Shown here: one piece after another, positions 39,893 to 48,554 of the stretch
Position numbering within the stretch: the first letter of the stretch is position 1
How the letters are laid out: every line of letters starts with the position of its first letter
Notes under the pieces: generated by a model
Database searches by the model: none
The model's input: the letters and a program-made list of their open reading frames with translations, nothing else
Told to the model about the DNA's origin: nothing
Program-made: the position numbers and the translations under genes
DNA from: Candidatus Nanopelagicales bacterium
GTDB lineage: Bacteria > Actinomycetota > Actinomycetes > S36-B12 > CAIYMF01
Length of the DNA: 64,000 bases
NCBI GenBank assembly: GCA_017848795.1
Contig: JAFIHG010000044.1
Span: forward strand, 28,046-92,045
Direction: 5' to 3'

Positions 39893-39996
39893 GTTGGCGG
39901 GTGTGGTGCGCCTATACCGTAACCACACCCGCCACGATCTGGGAACCGCTTCGTTGGCGGGTGTGGTGCGCCTATACCGGCACCACAGCCGCCAAC
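39893..39996. repeat. Two further copies (39893-39935, 39953-39996) of the same hairpin element, within a ~60-bp tandem duplication
   Basis: CTTCGTTGGCGGGTGTGGTGCGCCTATACCG... occurs twice, 60 bp apart, between the DUF559 start and the helY stop. Confidence 0.85.
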
Positions 39997-40017
39997 GGGG
40001 TCGAGCGGTACGGGTCG

Positions 40018-42786
40018 TCAGAGGGTGGAGAGGGCGACGACGCCGCGCTTGACGGCGTCGACCGCGCTGCGGGCGGTACGCGCGAGCTGGGTCCCCGCCG
40101 GAGTGCCGAGCGCGGCGGCGGCGTCGCCGACCTGACCGAGCAGATCGGCCAGCTGCTTGCACCACCGTACGAAGTCGCCGGCCGTGAGCTCGGCGTCGTG
40201 CAGCACGGCCTCGAGCTGGTGGCCGCGTGCCCACCGGTACGCCGCCCACGCGAACCCCGGGTCCGGCGGCCGCAGGAAGGCGAGCCGGTGGGCGCGTTCG
40301 AGCTGGGCGAGCTCGTCGTACTGGCGCAGCGTGCGGTGGATCGCCTCCCCCGCCACGCCCGCGGGCAGCCGGGCCTGCGTGTGCTCGGCGTCGCTGCCGC
40401 GCGCCTCGTACACGAGCAGGGACGCGGTCGCGGCGAGCTCGGCCGGGTCCAGGCCTTCCCAGGTGCCGTCGCGCAGGCACTGGGCCGCCAGCAGGTCGAG
40501 CTCGGCGTACAACCGCTGCAGCATCCGGCCGGGTGCCGTGACCGCGACGCCCTCGCCCGATGCGCGGGTGAGGTACCCGAGCTCGGCGAGGATGGTGCAC
40601 ACCCGGTCGTACTGCCGCGCGATGGAGCTGGTACGCCCGTCCACGCGCTGCTGCAGCCGCGCGAGCTGGCCGGCGAGCCGTTGGGCGCGCTCGGCCCACC
40701 GGGCGTGCTCCTCGCGATCGGCGCAGCCGTGACATGGGTGCGCCCGGATCCGGGCGCGCAGGTCCTTGACGTGCTCGTCCTGCGGCACGCTGCCCCGCTC
40801 GCGACGGTGCCGCTGCCACGGCAGGTCGGCGGTGCGGTCGCGCAGCACGGTCGCGAGGTCCCGCCGCGAGTTCGCCGAGCGCGCCGAGAAGCTGCGCGGG
40901 ATCCGTACCCGCAGCAGCGGCTGCACGGGCACCGGGAAGTCCTCGACGGACAGCCGGCGTACCTGCCGGTCGAGCGTGAGGACGGTCGGGCGCGGCTCCT
41001 CACGGTCCGAGACGCCCGGGTCGATGACCACCGCGGGCCCAGCGCGGCGCCCGGACGGTACGACGACGACGTCCCCGGGTCGCAGCTCCTCCAGCGCAGC
41101 GACGCTTTCCGCGCGCCGGCGCGCCCCGCCCTCCCGGGTCAGCCGGCGCTCGCGTTCGGTGAGCTCGCGGCGCAGCGCCGCGTACTGGGCGAAGTCGCCG
41201 AGGTGGCAGCTCATCGCCTCCTGGTACCCGGCGAGGGCCTCCTGCCCCCGGCTGAGCTCGCGCGCCATGCCGACGACCGCGCGGTCGGCCTGGAACTGCG
41301 CGAACGACGTCTCGAGCAGCTCGCGGGCGGCCTGCCAGCCGATCGAGCCGACCAGGTTCACCGCCATGTTGTACGAGGGGTGGAACGACGAGCGCAGCGG
41401 GTACGTACGGGTCGAGGCGAGCCCGGCCAGCGCGATCGGGTCGAAGCCCTGATGCCACACCACCACGGCGTCGCCCTCGACGTCGATGCCGCGCCGGCCG
41501 GCCCGGCCGGTGAGCTGGGTGTACTCCCCCGCCGTGATGGCGGCGTGGCTCTCGCCGTTCCATTTCGAGAGCTTTTCCAGCACCACGCTGCGGGCCGGCA
41601 TGTTGATCCCGAGCGCGAGCGTCTCGGTCGCGAACACGCACTTGAGCAGGCCCTGCTGGAACAGCTCCTCGACGGTCTCCTTGAAGGTCGGCAGCATCCC
41701 GGCGTGGTGCGCGGCGAACCCGCGGCGCAGGCCGTCCACCCAGTCGGCGTACCCGAGGACCAGCAGGTCCGCCGGGTCGAGCTCGGCGGTACGGCGCTCG
41801 ACGACCTGCTGGATGCGGGCGCGCTCCTCGCCGCTGGTCAGACGCAGTCCGGCCGCCAGGCACTGCTCCACCGCGGCCGCACACCCATTGCGGCTGAAGA
41901 TGAAGTAGATGGCAGGGAGCAAGCGGTCGCGTTCCAGGCGGGAGACGACCTCCGGACGGCGCGGGACCCGGGTCGGCTGCGCGCGGCTGCCGCCCCGGCC
42001 GGGCCGGGCCGCCACCGGACCGCGGCGGTAGTCGCGGCGCAGCCGCAGGATCCGGTCGTCCTCACGGGCGAGGCGCAGCAGCGTCGGGTTCACCTTCTGC
42101 TGCCGGTCGTCGACGAACAGGTCGTGGAGCCGCTCGCCCGCCATCACCTGCTGCCACAGCGGGACCGGGCGGTGCTCCTCGACCACCACGTGGGTCTCGC
42201 CGCGTACGGTCCGCAGCCACTCGCCGAACTCCTCGGCGTTGCTCACGGTCGCGGACAGCGCGACGACCGCGACCGACTCCGGCAGCGAGATGATGACCTC
42301 CTCCCAGACCGGTCCGCGGAACCGGTCGGCGAGGTAGTGCACCTCGTCCATCACCACGTAGCCGAGCCGGTCGAGCGTCAGGCTGCCGGCGTACAGCATG
42401 TTGCGCAGCACCTCGGTCGTCATCACGACGACGGGGGCCTCGCCGTTGATCGAGTTGTCCCCGGTGAGCAGCCCGACGCGCGCGGCGCCGTACCGCGCGA
42501 CAAGGTCGTGGTACTTCTGGTTCGACAGCGCCTTGATCGGCGTGGTGTAGAAGCACTTGCGGCCCGTCTCGAGCGCCAGGTGCACGGCGAACTCCCCGAC
42601 GACCGTCTTGCCCGCACCGGTCGGAGCGGCGACGAGGACGCCGGCGCCCTGCTCCAGCGCGCGGCACGCGTCGAGCTGGAACTCGTCGAGCGCGAAGTCG
42701 TACAGCAGCCGGAAGTCGGAGAGCGCCGGGCCGGCCTCGGCCTGCCGGGCACGGAACGCCGCGTAGCTCTCGGCGGGGGTGCTCAC
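40018..42786 (-). CDS. helY: Ski2-like DEAD/DEAH-box helicase HelY
   Basis: 922 aa. Motif I AAPTGAGKT, motif II VVMDEVHYL and a C-terminal Ski2-type domain. GTG 42786 overlaps the DAG-kinase stop. Confidence 0.9.
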   Translation of the reverse strand: MSTPAESYAAFRARQAEAGPALSDFRLLYDFALDEFQLDACRALEQGAGVLVAAPTGAGKTVVGEFAVHLALETGRKCFYTTPIKALSNQKYHDLVARYGAARVGLLTGDNSINGEAPVVVMTTEVLRNMLYAGSLTLDRLGYVVMDEVHYLADRFRGPVWEEVIISLPESVAVVALSATVSNAEEFGEWLRTVRGETHVVVEEHRPVPLWQQVMAGERLHDLFVDDRQQKVNPTLLRLAREDDRILRLRRDYRRGPVAARPGRGGSRAQPTRVPRRPEVVSRLERDRLLPAIYFIFSRNGCAAAVEQCLAAGLRLTSGEERARIQQVVERRTAELDPADLLVLGYADWVDGLRRGFAAHHAGMLPTFKETVEELFQQGLLKCVFATETLALGINMPARSVVLEKLSKWNGESHAAITAGEYTQLTGRAGRRGIDVEGDAVVVWHQGFDPIALAGLASTRTYPLRSSFHPSYNMAVNLVGSIGWQAARELLETSFAQFQADRAVVGMARELSRGQEALAGYQEAMSCHLGDFAQYAALRRELTERERRLTREGGARRRAESVAALEELRPGDVVVVPSGRRAGPAVVIDPGVSDREEPRPTVLTLDRQVRRLSVEDFPVPVQPLLRVRIPRSFSARSANSRRDLATVLRDRTADLPWQRHRRERGSVPQDEHVKDLRARIRAHPCHGCADREEHARWAERAQRLAGQLARLQQRVDGRTSSIARQYDRVCTILAELGYLTRASGEGVAVTAPGRMLQRLYAELDLLAAQCLRDGTWEGLDPAELAATASLLVYEARGSDAEHTQARLPAGVAGEAIHRTLRQYDELAQLERAHRLAFLRPPDPGFAWAAYRWARGHQLEAVLHDAELTAGDFVRWCKQLADLLGQVGDAAAALGTPAGTQLARTARSAVDAVKRGVVALSTL

Positions 42787-43736
42787 CGCTCCAATGTAGG
42801 CGGCGCGAGGATCGGCGCGAGCACGCGCAGCGACGCCGGGTCGACCCGGACCGTGACCGGCAGCCGTCCGGCCCGCTCACCGTCGGCGTACGCGAGCCGT
42901 CCCGGCGCCTCGACCCGCACGGTTGCTGCACTGTCGGTGAGGATCTCCTCCCGCCGTACGTGGGTGCCGCGGAACACCCCCGGCAGCACCCGCAGGAACA
43001 CCAGCCGCGGCAGCTCGCTGACGAACGTGGTGCTCAGCCGCCCGTCGTCGAGGCGCGCCCCCGGGCAGATCAGCATGCCGCCGCCGTACGACGGTCCGTT
43101 GCCGACCGAGACCATCAGACCGGTGCGCTCGACCCGGTGCTCGGTCGCCAGGCCCGCATCGTAGACGACCCGGTACGGCACGGCGCGCAGCAGCCGCAGC
43201 TCCTCGGCGACGGCGCGCAGGTACCGGGCCCGACCGGTGGGCCACCCGACCCGGTTGGCCCGTTCGTTGACCAGCGCGTCGAACCCGGTGCACACGACCG
43301 ACAGGAACCGGCGCCGCTCGCCCCCGGCGCAGGTCAGCTCCCCGGTGTCGACGACCCGCATGCCGCGCGCCGGATCGTGCAGCCCGTCGGCGACCACGTC
43401 GGCGGCCGCGCGCGCCCCGCCCGGCAGGCCCAGGGTGCGCGCCGTGTCGTTGCCGGTGCCGGCCGGCACGATGCCGAGCGGCACGCGGGTCGCGACGAGC
43501 TCGTCCAGAGCGAGCGCGACGGTCCCGTCACCGCCGCACACGACCAGGGCTGCGGGCGGTACCGCAAGGACCTCGGGCAGCAGCCGGCGCAGATCCGTGG
43601 CGCTCGTGGCCTGCAGCGTCTCGACCGCCAGCCCGCGCTCCTGCAGCCGGCGCATCGCCTCCGGCGCGAACCGTGCGCCGCGGCCTCTGCCCGCGGCCGG
43701 GTTGACGAGCAGCACGACGCGCTTGGCGGACCCCAC
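42783..43736 (-). CDS. Diacylglycerol/lipid kinase family protein
   Basis: RVVLLVNPAAGRGRG, VVCGGDGTV and GIVPAGTGNDTAR. GTG 43736 was chosen to avoid the 70-nt overlap with tatC. Confidence 0.8.
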   Translation of the reverse strand: MGSAKRVVLLVNPAAGRGRGARFAPEAMRRLQERGLAVETLQATSATDLRRLLPEVLAVPPAALVVCGGDGTVALALDELVATRVPLGIVPAGTGNDTARTLGLPGGARAAADVVADGLHDPARGMRVVDTGELTCAGGERRRFLSVVCTGFDALVNERANRVGWPTGRARYLRAVAEELRLLRAVPYRVVYDAGLATEHRVERTGLMVSVGNGPSYGGGMLICPGARLDDGRLSTTFVSELPRLVFLRVLPGVFRGTHVRREEILTDSAATVRVEAPGRLAYADGERAGRLPVTVRVDPASLRVLAPILAPPTLER

Positions 43737-43747
43737 GGTGGGCGAGC

Positions 43748-44641
43748 CTATTGGTCGGACGGGCCGCCCTCGAGGTCGTCGTCGGGCGGCAGCGGGGAGG
43801 CCTCGTCGTCGGCCCACTGCGCGTACTCCGCGTTGCGCGCCTTGCGGGCCCGGCGCGCGTCGACGATCGCCATCAGCCCGCCGGAGAGCATCAGCAGCCC
43901 GAGCAGCGGCAGCGCCGACATCGTCATCCAGAACGGGTCACCGGTCGGTGTGGCGACCGCGCCGAAGACGAACGAGCCCAGCACCAGCCCACGCCACCAG
44001 CCGAAGAAGCGCCGCGCGGAGAGGATGCCGGACAGGTTGAGCATCAGGAAGATCAGCGGTACGAGGAACCCGATGCCGAAGAACACCAGCACCTGCAGGA
44101 TGAACGACAGGTACGAGTCGACCTGCACGATGTTCTGGATCGAGTCGGGCGTCAGTCCCAGCAGCGCTTGGAGCATGTTGGGCATGACCGCGTAGCCGAA
44201 CGCGACGCCGCCCAGGAACAGCGGGGTCGCGGTCGCCACGAACAGGTACGCCCACTTGCGCTCGTTGCCCCGCAGTCCCGGCGCGATGTAGCGCCACAGC
44301 TGGTACAGCCACACCGGGGCGGCGAGCACCAGTCCGGTGACGCCGGCGACCTGCAGCTTGAGGGTGAGCGCCTCGGCGACCCCACCGATCGCGAGGATGA
44401 CCTCGCGACCCTCGGCCCGGGCCGCGTCGACCGCGGGCTGGATCGGCGCGGTGATGATGTCGAACAACTGCTTGTAGTAGATCCACCCGAGGACCGCTGC
44501 GACAGCGATCGCGATCGCCGAACGGAACAGCCGCACCTGCAGCTCGCGCAGGTGCTCGTAGAGGGTCATCGCGCCCTCGGGGTTGCTACGTCTGCGGCGA
44601 CGCAGCCGACGTCCCGCCGGGCGGTCGGCGGTGGCGGTCAT
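43748..44641 (-). CDS. tatC: Twin-arginine translocase subunit TatC
   Basis: MTLYEHLRELQVRLFRS..., six TM segments, adjacent to tatA. Confidence 0.9.
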   Translation of the reverse strand: MTATADRPAGRRLRRRRRSNPEGAMTLYEHLRELQVRLFRSAIAIAVAAVLGWIYYKQLFDIITAPIQPAVDAARAEGREVILAIGGVAEALTLKLQVAGVTGLVLAAPVWLYQLWRYIAPGLRGNERKWAYLFVATATPLFLGGVAFGYAVMPNMLQALLGLTPDSIQNIVQVDSYLSFILQVLVFFGIGFLVPLIFLMLNLSGILSARRFFGWWRGLVLGSFVFGAVATPTGDPFWMTMSALPLLGLLMLSGGLMAIVDARRARKARNAEYAQWADDEASPLPPDDDLEGGPSDQ

Positions 44642-44681
44642 GGTGCGGGAACGCTACGGGCGGCGCGTGCGACGGGGCACG

Positions 44682-44996
44682 TCAGCCCTGCGACTGCGGC
44701 GGCTGCTGCACCGGCTGCGCGAGCACCCGCTCCCCCGTCACCGGATCGACCAGGTAGCGCGGCTCGTCTGGGCCGGGCGCCGGACGGTTCGCCAGCGCCG
44801 GTGGCGCAGGCGGCGGCGGAGGCGTCGCGCCCTCCTCGTCGCGCTCGCCACGCATGCCTTCGGTCTCGGCCTTGAAGATCCGCAGCGAGCGGCCGACGGA
44901 CCGCGACAGGTCCGGCAGCCGCTTGGCCCCGAACAGCAGCAGGATCAGCACGATCAGGACGATCCAGAACCCTGGTCGCTCGAATACTCCGCCCAT
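44682..44996 (-). CDS. tatA: Twin-arginine translocase subunit TatA
   Basis: N-terminal TM helix plus LLLFGAKRLPDLSRSVGRSLRIFK, an amphipathic helix and an acidic/Pro-rich tail. Confidence 0.9.
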   Translation of the reverse strand: MGGVFERPGFWIVLIVLILLLFGAKRLPDLSRSVGRSLRIFKAETEGMRGERDEEGATPPPPPAPPALANRPAPGPDEPRYLVDPVTGERVLAQPVQQPPQSQG

Positions 44997-45029
44997 GATC
45001 GATATCCCATCCGGTGGTGGCGTTGCTCA

Positions 45030-45055
45030 CCTACCTGCCGCACGTGACAGGTAGG
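45030..45055. terminator. 8-bp-stem hairpin CCTACCTG-N10-CAGGTAGG between the zinc-ribbon gene and tatA
   Basis: Read directly. The loop contains CACGTG. Its function is unknown. Confidence 0.25.
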
Positions 45056-45082
45056 GCACCAGCGTAACCCGGGAACCGGCGC

Positions 45083-45427
45083 TCAGCCGCGCCGCACCGG
45101 CTCCAGCAGTGCGGCCAGCGCGTCGTGCGTGCCGAGCCAGAGGGCGAAGTCCAGCAGGTCGTCGTACCCGAGCGGGGCGCCGGTGTGCGCCTCACGGGCC
45201 TCGACGGGCACCTCGACGCGCCCGATCGCGACGCCGGCGGACGCGAGCAGGCGTACCACCTCCGCGTCGGCGGGCTTGCGCACCGTGTCGTGACAGGTCG
45301 GGCACACGAACGAGTACGAGCGCTGGGCCTGCGTGTCGTCGATCGCCTCGACGACCCGTACCGCCACCTGACGCGGGGTGAGGTCGACGTCCCCGCACAC
45401 GGGGCAGGTCGCCTTGATGGTCGCCAT
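45083..45427 (-). CDS. Small 4-Cys zinc-ribbon protein of unknown function
   Basis: 114 aa: MATIKATCPVCGDVDLTPRQV...SYSFVCPTCHDTVRKP, i.e. CxxC-N33-CxxC. It is the last in-frame ATG of ORF 45083..46579 and has good GC3 bias. Confidence 0.5.
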   Translation of the reverse strand: MATIKATCPVCGDVDLTPRQVAVRVVEAIDDTQAQRSYSFVCPTCHDTVRKPADAEVVRLLASAGVAIGRVEVPVEAREAHTGAPLGYDDLLDFALWLGTHDALAALLEPVRRG

Positions 45428-45528
45428 CGCCGGTACCTCCTCGACCGTGTGGGCGCTCCTCCCTCGGATCCCCTCGGGAAGGTCTCGCCGAGGTGATCGG
45501 CACGGCCCTGCATCGAGTTGAGCCCGGC

Positions 45529-46506
45529 TCACACCTCGCTGTCCGAGGGCGTCGGGTAGGCGGCCAGCGCCTCGCGGGCCGCGGCGGCGACCCGGTCGGC
45601 CAGCTGCGGCGGTGAGACGACGCGCGCGTCGGCGCCGAGGCGCAGCAGCAGCCGTACGATCCAGCGCTCGTCGGCGACCGGCAGCGTCACCCGCACGGCC
45701 CCACCGGCGCGCGGCTGCACCTGGTCCACCGGGTACTCCTCGGCGACCCAGCGGGCCCCGGCGAGCAGGTCGAGGGTGACGGCGGCTCCGGCCGGTCGCA
45801 GCCCGTCGCGGCCGAGCTCGGGAGGTGCGGCCTCGGCCGGTACGGCGGCCGGCTCGTCCCGCAGGTCGCAGGCCAGGATGCGGTCCAGGCGGAAGGTGCG
45901 CGAGGCACCCGCGCTGCGGCACCACGCCGAGAGGTACGGGCGCCCGTCGACGGAGAGCAACGCCACCGGGTCCACCACCCGCTCGCTCACCTGGTCCCGC
46001 GCCGCCCCGGCGTACCGGATGTGCAGCGCGCGCTGCTCGTCCAGGGCCCGCCGGACACACTCGGCGACCGCAGGATCGACGCGCTCCTCGACGGTGACCG
46101 AGACCGCGGCACGCCCCGCCGCCGCGGCACCCGCCGCGTCCTCGAGCTTCGCGGTCACCGAATCGATCAGGGCGCGGTCGTGACCGCCCGGCACCTGCGC
46201 GAGCACGCGCAGCGCGACGAGCAGCGCGGCGGCCTCCTCCGCGGTGAGCCGCAGCGGGCGCCCCAGGGACTGCGGGTCGAGGACCTTGACCGTGCCGTCG
46301 TCCCAGTACCAGATGTCGACGAGCTCGCCGTGCTGCTGGCCCGGTCCGCTGCAGATCAGCAGGTCCAGGTCGGCGACAAGCGCATCGGTCGTGACCCCGA
46401 AGTGGTCCGCGGCCTCCGTGAGCGTGATCCCCGGGCGGGACAGCAACCACGGGACCAGCGCCAGCAGGCGCGAGAGCCGGGCCCCGGCGCCCGCGGGGCT
46501 GCTCAC
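45529..46506 (-). CDS. pafC: PafC (HTH-WYL regulator)
   Basis: RLSRLLALVPWLLSRPGITLTEAADHFGVT (HTH) followed by a WYL-type domain. GTG 46506 overlaps the pafB stop (GTGA). Confidence 0.8.
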   Translation of the reverse strand: MSSPAGAGARLSRLLALVPWLLSRPGITLTEAADHFGVTTDALVADLDLLICSGPGQQHGELVDIWYWDDGTVKVLDPQSLGRPLRLTAEEAAALLVALRVLAQVPGGHDRALIDSVTAKLEDAAGAAAAGRAAVSVTVEERVDPAVAECVRRALDEQRALHIRYAGAARDQVSERVVDPVALLSVDGRPYLSAWCRSAGASRTFRLDRILACDLRDEPAAVPAEAAPPELGRDGLRPAGAAVTLDLLAGARWVAEEYPVDQVQPRAGGAVRVTLPVADERWIVRLLLRLGADARVVSPPQLADRVAAAAREALAAYPTPSDSEV

Positions 46507-47525
46507 GACGCCCCCCGCGCCGCGGCGAGTGCGGCGCGCAGCCGGCGCACCACGGCGGCCTGCAGCGCCTGCGGGGCAAGGACCTGCACGGCAGGGCCGT
46601 GCCCGACGAGCCGGTCGGCGAACGACTCGTCGTCGCCGTAGTCGAGCTCGAGCAGGTCCCATCCGGGGTCGTCCGGGCGGACCGCGGCCGCTGCCCGCCG
46701 CAGCGAGGCCGCCTCGCCGCTGCGGACCCGGATCCGGGCGCGGTGCTGGCTGTCGCTGTCGGCCTGGGCGACGAGCGCGCCGAGATCGGGGGCGTCCGGC
46801 GTCTGATAGCTGCCTTCCGGCCCGTCGGGCATCACCTTGCCGCTGACCCGGGACAGCCGGAACACCCGGACCGCCTGCCGGTCACGGTCGCGCCCGACGA
46901 CGTACCAGTGGCGGCGGCGGGAGACGACACCCCACGGCTCCAGGTGCCGCTGCGTCGGTACGGCCTCGTCCGGCCGCCGGTAGTCGAAGCGCACCGGCCG
47001 GCGTGCCTGGCTGGCCGCGAGGAACGCCCCGAACGAGGGCTCGGGCGTCGTCAGCCGGGCGATGACGCCGACCGAGTCCTCCCGGGCGGTCCCGCCGGCC
47101 GCCTCGAGCTTGCGCAGCGCATTGCGCGCCGCCGGTCCGAGACTGGCCTGCTCCCACACCTGCGCGGCCAGCCCGAGGACCGTCAGCTCGGCGCTCGTGA
47201 AGCTCACCTCCGGCAGCGCGTACTCCTGGTCGAGCACCCGGTACCCGTCGATCCCGCCGGCCCCCTGCGTGCCCTCGACGGTCTGGATCGGGATGCCCAT
47301 CGAGCGCAGCTCTTCTTTGTCGCGCTCGAACATCCGCTCGAACGCGCCCTCGCTGGGGCTCGCGGCGTAGTCCGGCAGGGCCTGGCGGATCGTGGCCTTG
47401 GTCACCGGGTGGCGGGAGGCCATGAGCAGGAACAGCAGACCGAGCAGCCGCTCGGTGCGCTCCCCCGGCCGTGGTGGCGCAGCCACGCGCTCCGGGAGGT
47501 CCGGCTCGCCCGACCCGGTGGTCAT
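46503..47525 (-). CDS. pafB: PafB (HTH-WYL regulator)
   Basis: RTERLLGLLFLLMASRHPVTKATIRQAL..., and a WYL-like ...RRRHWYVVGRDRD. Confidence 0.8.
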   Translation of the reverse strand: MTTGSGEPDLPERVAAPPRPGERTERLLGLLFLLMASRHPVTKATIRQALPDYAASPSEGAFERMFERDKEELRSMGIPIQTVEGTQGAGGIDGYRVLDQEYALPEVSFTSAELTVLGLAAQVWEQASLGPAARNALRKLEAAGGTAREDSVGVIARLTTPEPSFGAFLAASQARRPVRFDYRRPDEAVPTQRHLEPWGVVSRRRHWYVVGRDRDRQAVRVFRLSRVSGKVMPDGPEGSYQTPDAPDLGALVAQADSDSQHRARIRVRSGEAASLRRAAAAVRPDDPGWDLLELDYGDDESFADRLVGHGPAVQVLAPQALQAAVVRRLRAALAAARGAS

Positions 47526-47526
47526 C

Positions 47527-47892
47527 TCAGCCCTGTACGTCGACCAGGTCGATCACGAAGACGAGGGTGCGCCCGGCCAGGCGGTGGCTGCCCGACTCGC
47601 CGTACGCCAGCCGCGGCGGGATGACCAGCTGCCGACGCCCGCCGACGCGCATGCCCGGGATGCCGTCCTGCCAGCCCTGGATCAGACCGCGCAGCGGGAA
47701 CTCGATGGGCTCGCCGCGGTTCCAGGACGCGTCGAACTCCTCCCCGGACTCGAAGTCCACACCGACGTAGTGCACGAGCACCCGGGCGCCCTCGGTCGCC
47801 TCGGCCCCGTCGCCGACGACCAGGTCGGTGCTCACCAGGTCGTCCGGTGCCGGACCGTCGATGAAGTCGATCTCGGGTTTCTGCAGGGCCAT
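47527..47892 (-). CDS. FKBP-type peptidyl-prolyl cis-trans isomerase
   Basis: VLVHYVGVDFESGEEFDASWNRGEPIEFPLRGLIQGWQDGIPGMRVGGRRQLVIPPRLAYG. Confidence 0.9.
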   Translation of the reverse strand: MALQKPEIDFIDGPAPDDLVSTDLVVGDGAEATEGARVLVHYVGVDFESGEEFDASWNRGEPIEFPLRGLIQGWQDGIPGMRVGGRRQLVIPPRLAYGESGSHRLAGRTLVFVIDLVDVQG

Positions 47893-48019
47893 CTCGGCGG
47901 CTCCTCGTCGCGTCGGGTGGTTCGCCGCGATCGGCGCCCGGCGCGATCCTAGGCCGCGTCGCCGGTAGGGCGCCGAGTGCCACGCTGCCGGCTGTGGACG
48001 GCTACGACAGGCTGGGCCC

Positions 48020-48544
48020 GTGGTGCAGCTGTTCACGGTCGGGCACGGGACCTCGGACGAGGAGGAGCTCGGTGGACTGCTGACCGGCGCCGGGATCCAG
48101 GCGCTCGTCGACGTGCGCCGCTACCCCGCCAGCCGGCGCAACCCCGCGGTCGCCACCGACGCGCTGGCGCGCTGGTTGCCGGCGTACGGGATCGCCTACC
48201 GGTGGGAGGAGCGCCTGGGCGGCCGCCGCCGCAGCCCGGACGGCCCGAGCCCGGACACCTGGTGGCGGCACGACTCGTTCCGCTCGTACGCCGCATGGTC
48301 CCGCCAGGACGACTTCCGCGCGGCGTTGCAGGAGCTGCTCGCCGCCGCGGAGCAGGGTCCGACGGCGGTCATGTGCAGCGAGTCGGTGTGGTGGCGCTGC
48401 CACCGCCGGCTGATCGCCGACGTGGCGGTGTTGCGCCACGGCGTCGACGTCCAGCACCTGATGCCGGACGGGCGCCTCACCGCCCACCCGGTCGCGGAGG
48501 GCGCCCGGCTCACGCCGGACGGGGTGGTGTGGGACGGCGGGTGA
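48020..48544 (+). CDS. DUF488 family protein
   Basis: LFTVGHGT...LVDVRRYPASRRNP... and VMCSESVWWRCHRRLIAD, the DUF488 C-x-x-x-x-x-x-CHR signature. Confidence 0.75.
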   Translation: MVQLFTVGHGTSDEEELGGLLTGAGIQALVDVRRYPASRRNPAVATDALARWLPAYGIAYRWEERLGGRRRSPDGPSPDTWWRHDSFRSYAAWSRQDDFRAALQELLAAAEQGPTAVMCSESVWWRCHRRLIADVAVLRHGVDVQHLMPDGRLTAHPVAEGARLTPDGVVWDGG

Positions 48545-48554
48545 GCGGTCCCGG

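Noticed and set aside
38840-40819. Full 659-aa minus-strand ORF as a single gene
   Set aside because: Only the C-terminal ~315 aa (38840-39787) look like a real AbiEi/DUF559 protein. The upstream part is R/A/P/G-rich, crosses the hairpin repeats and overlaps the 3' end of helY in another frame.
39901-43164. 1087-aa plus-strand ORF
   Set aside because: It is antisense to helY and the DAG kinase gene, and it starts inside the hairpin repeats. It is a shadow ORF.
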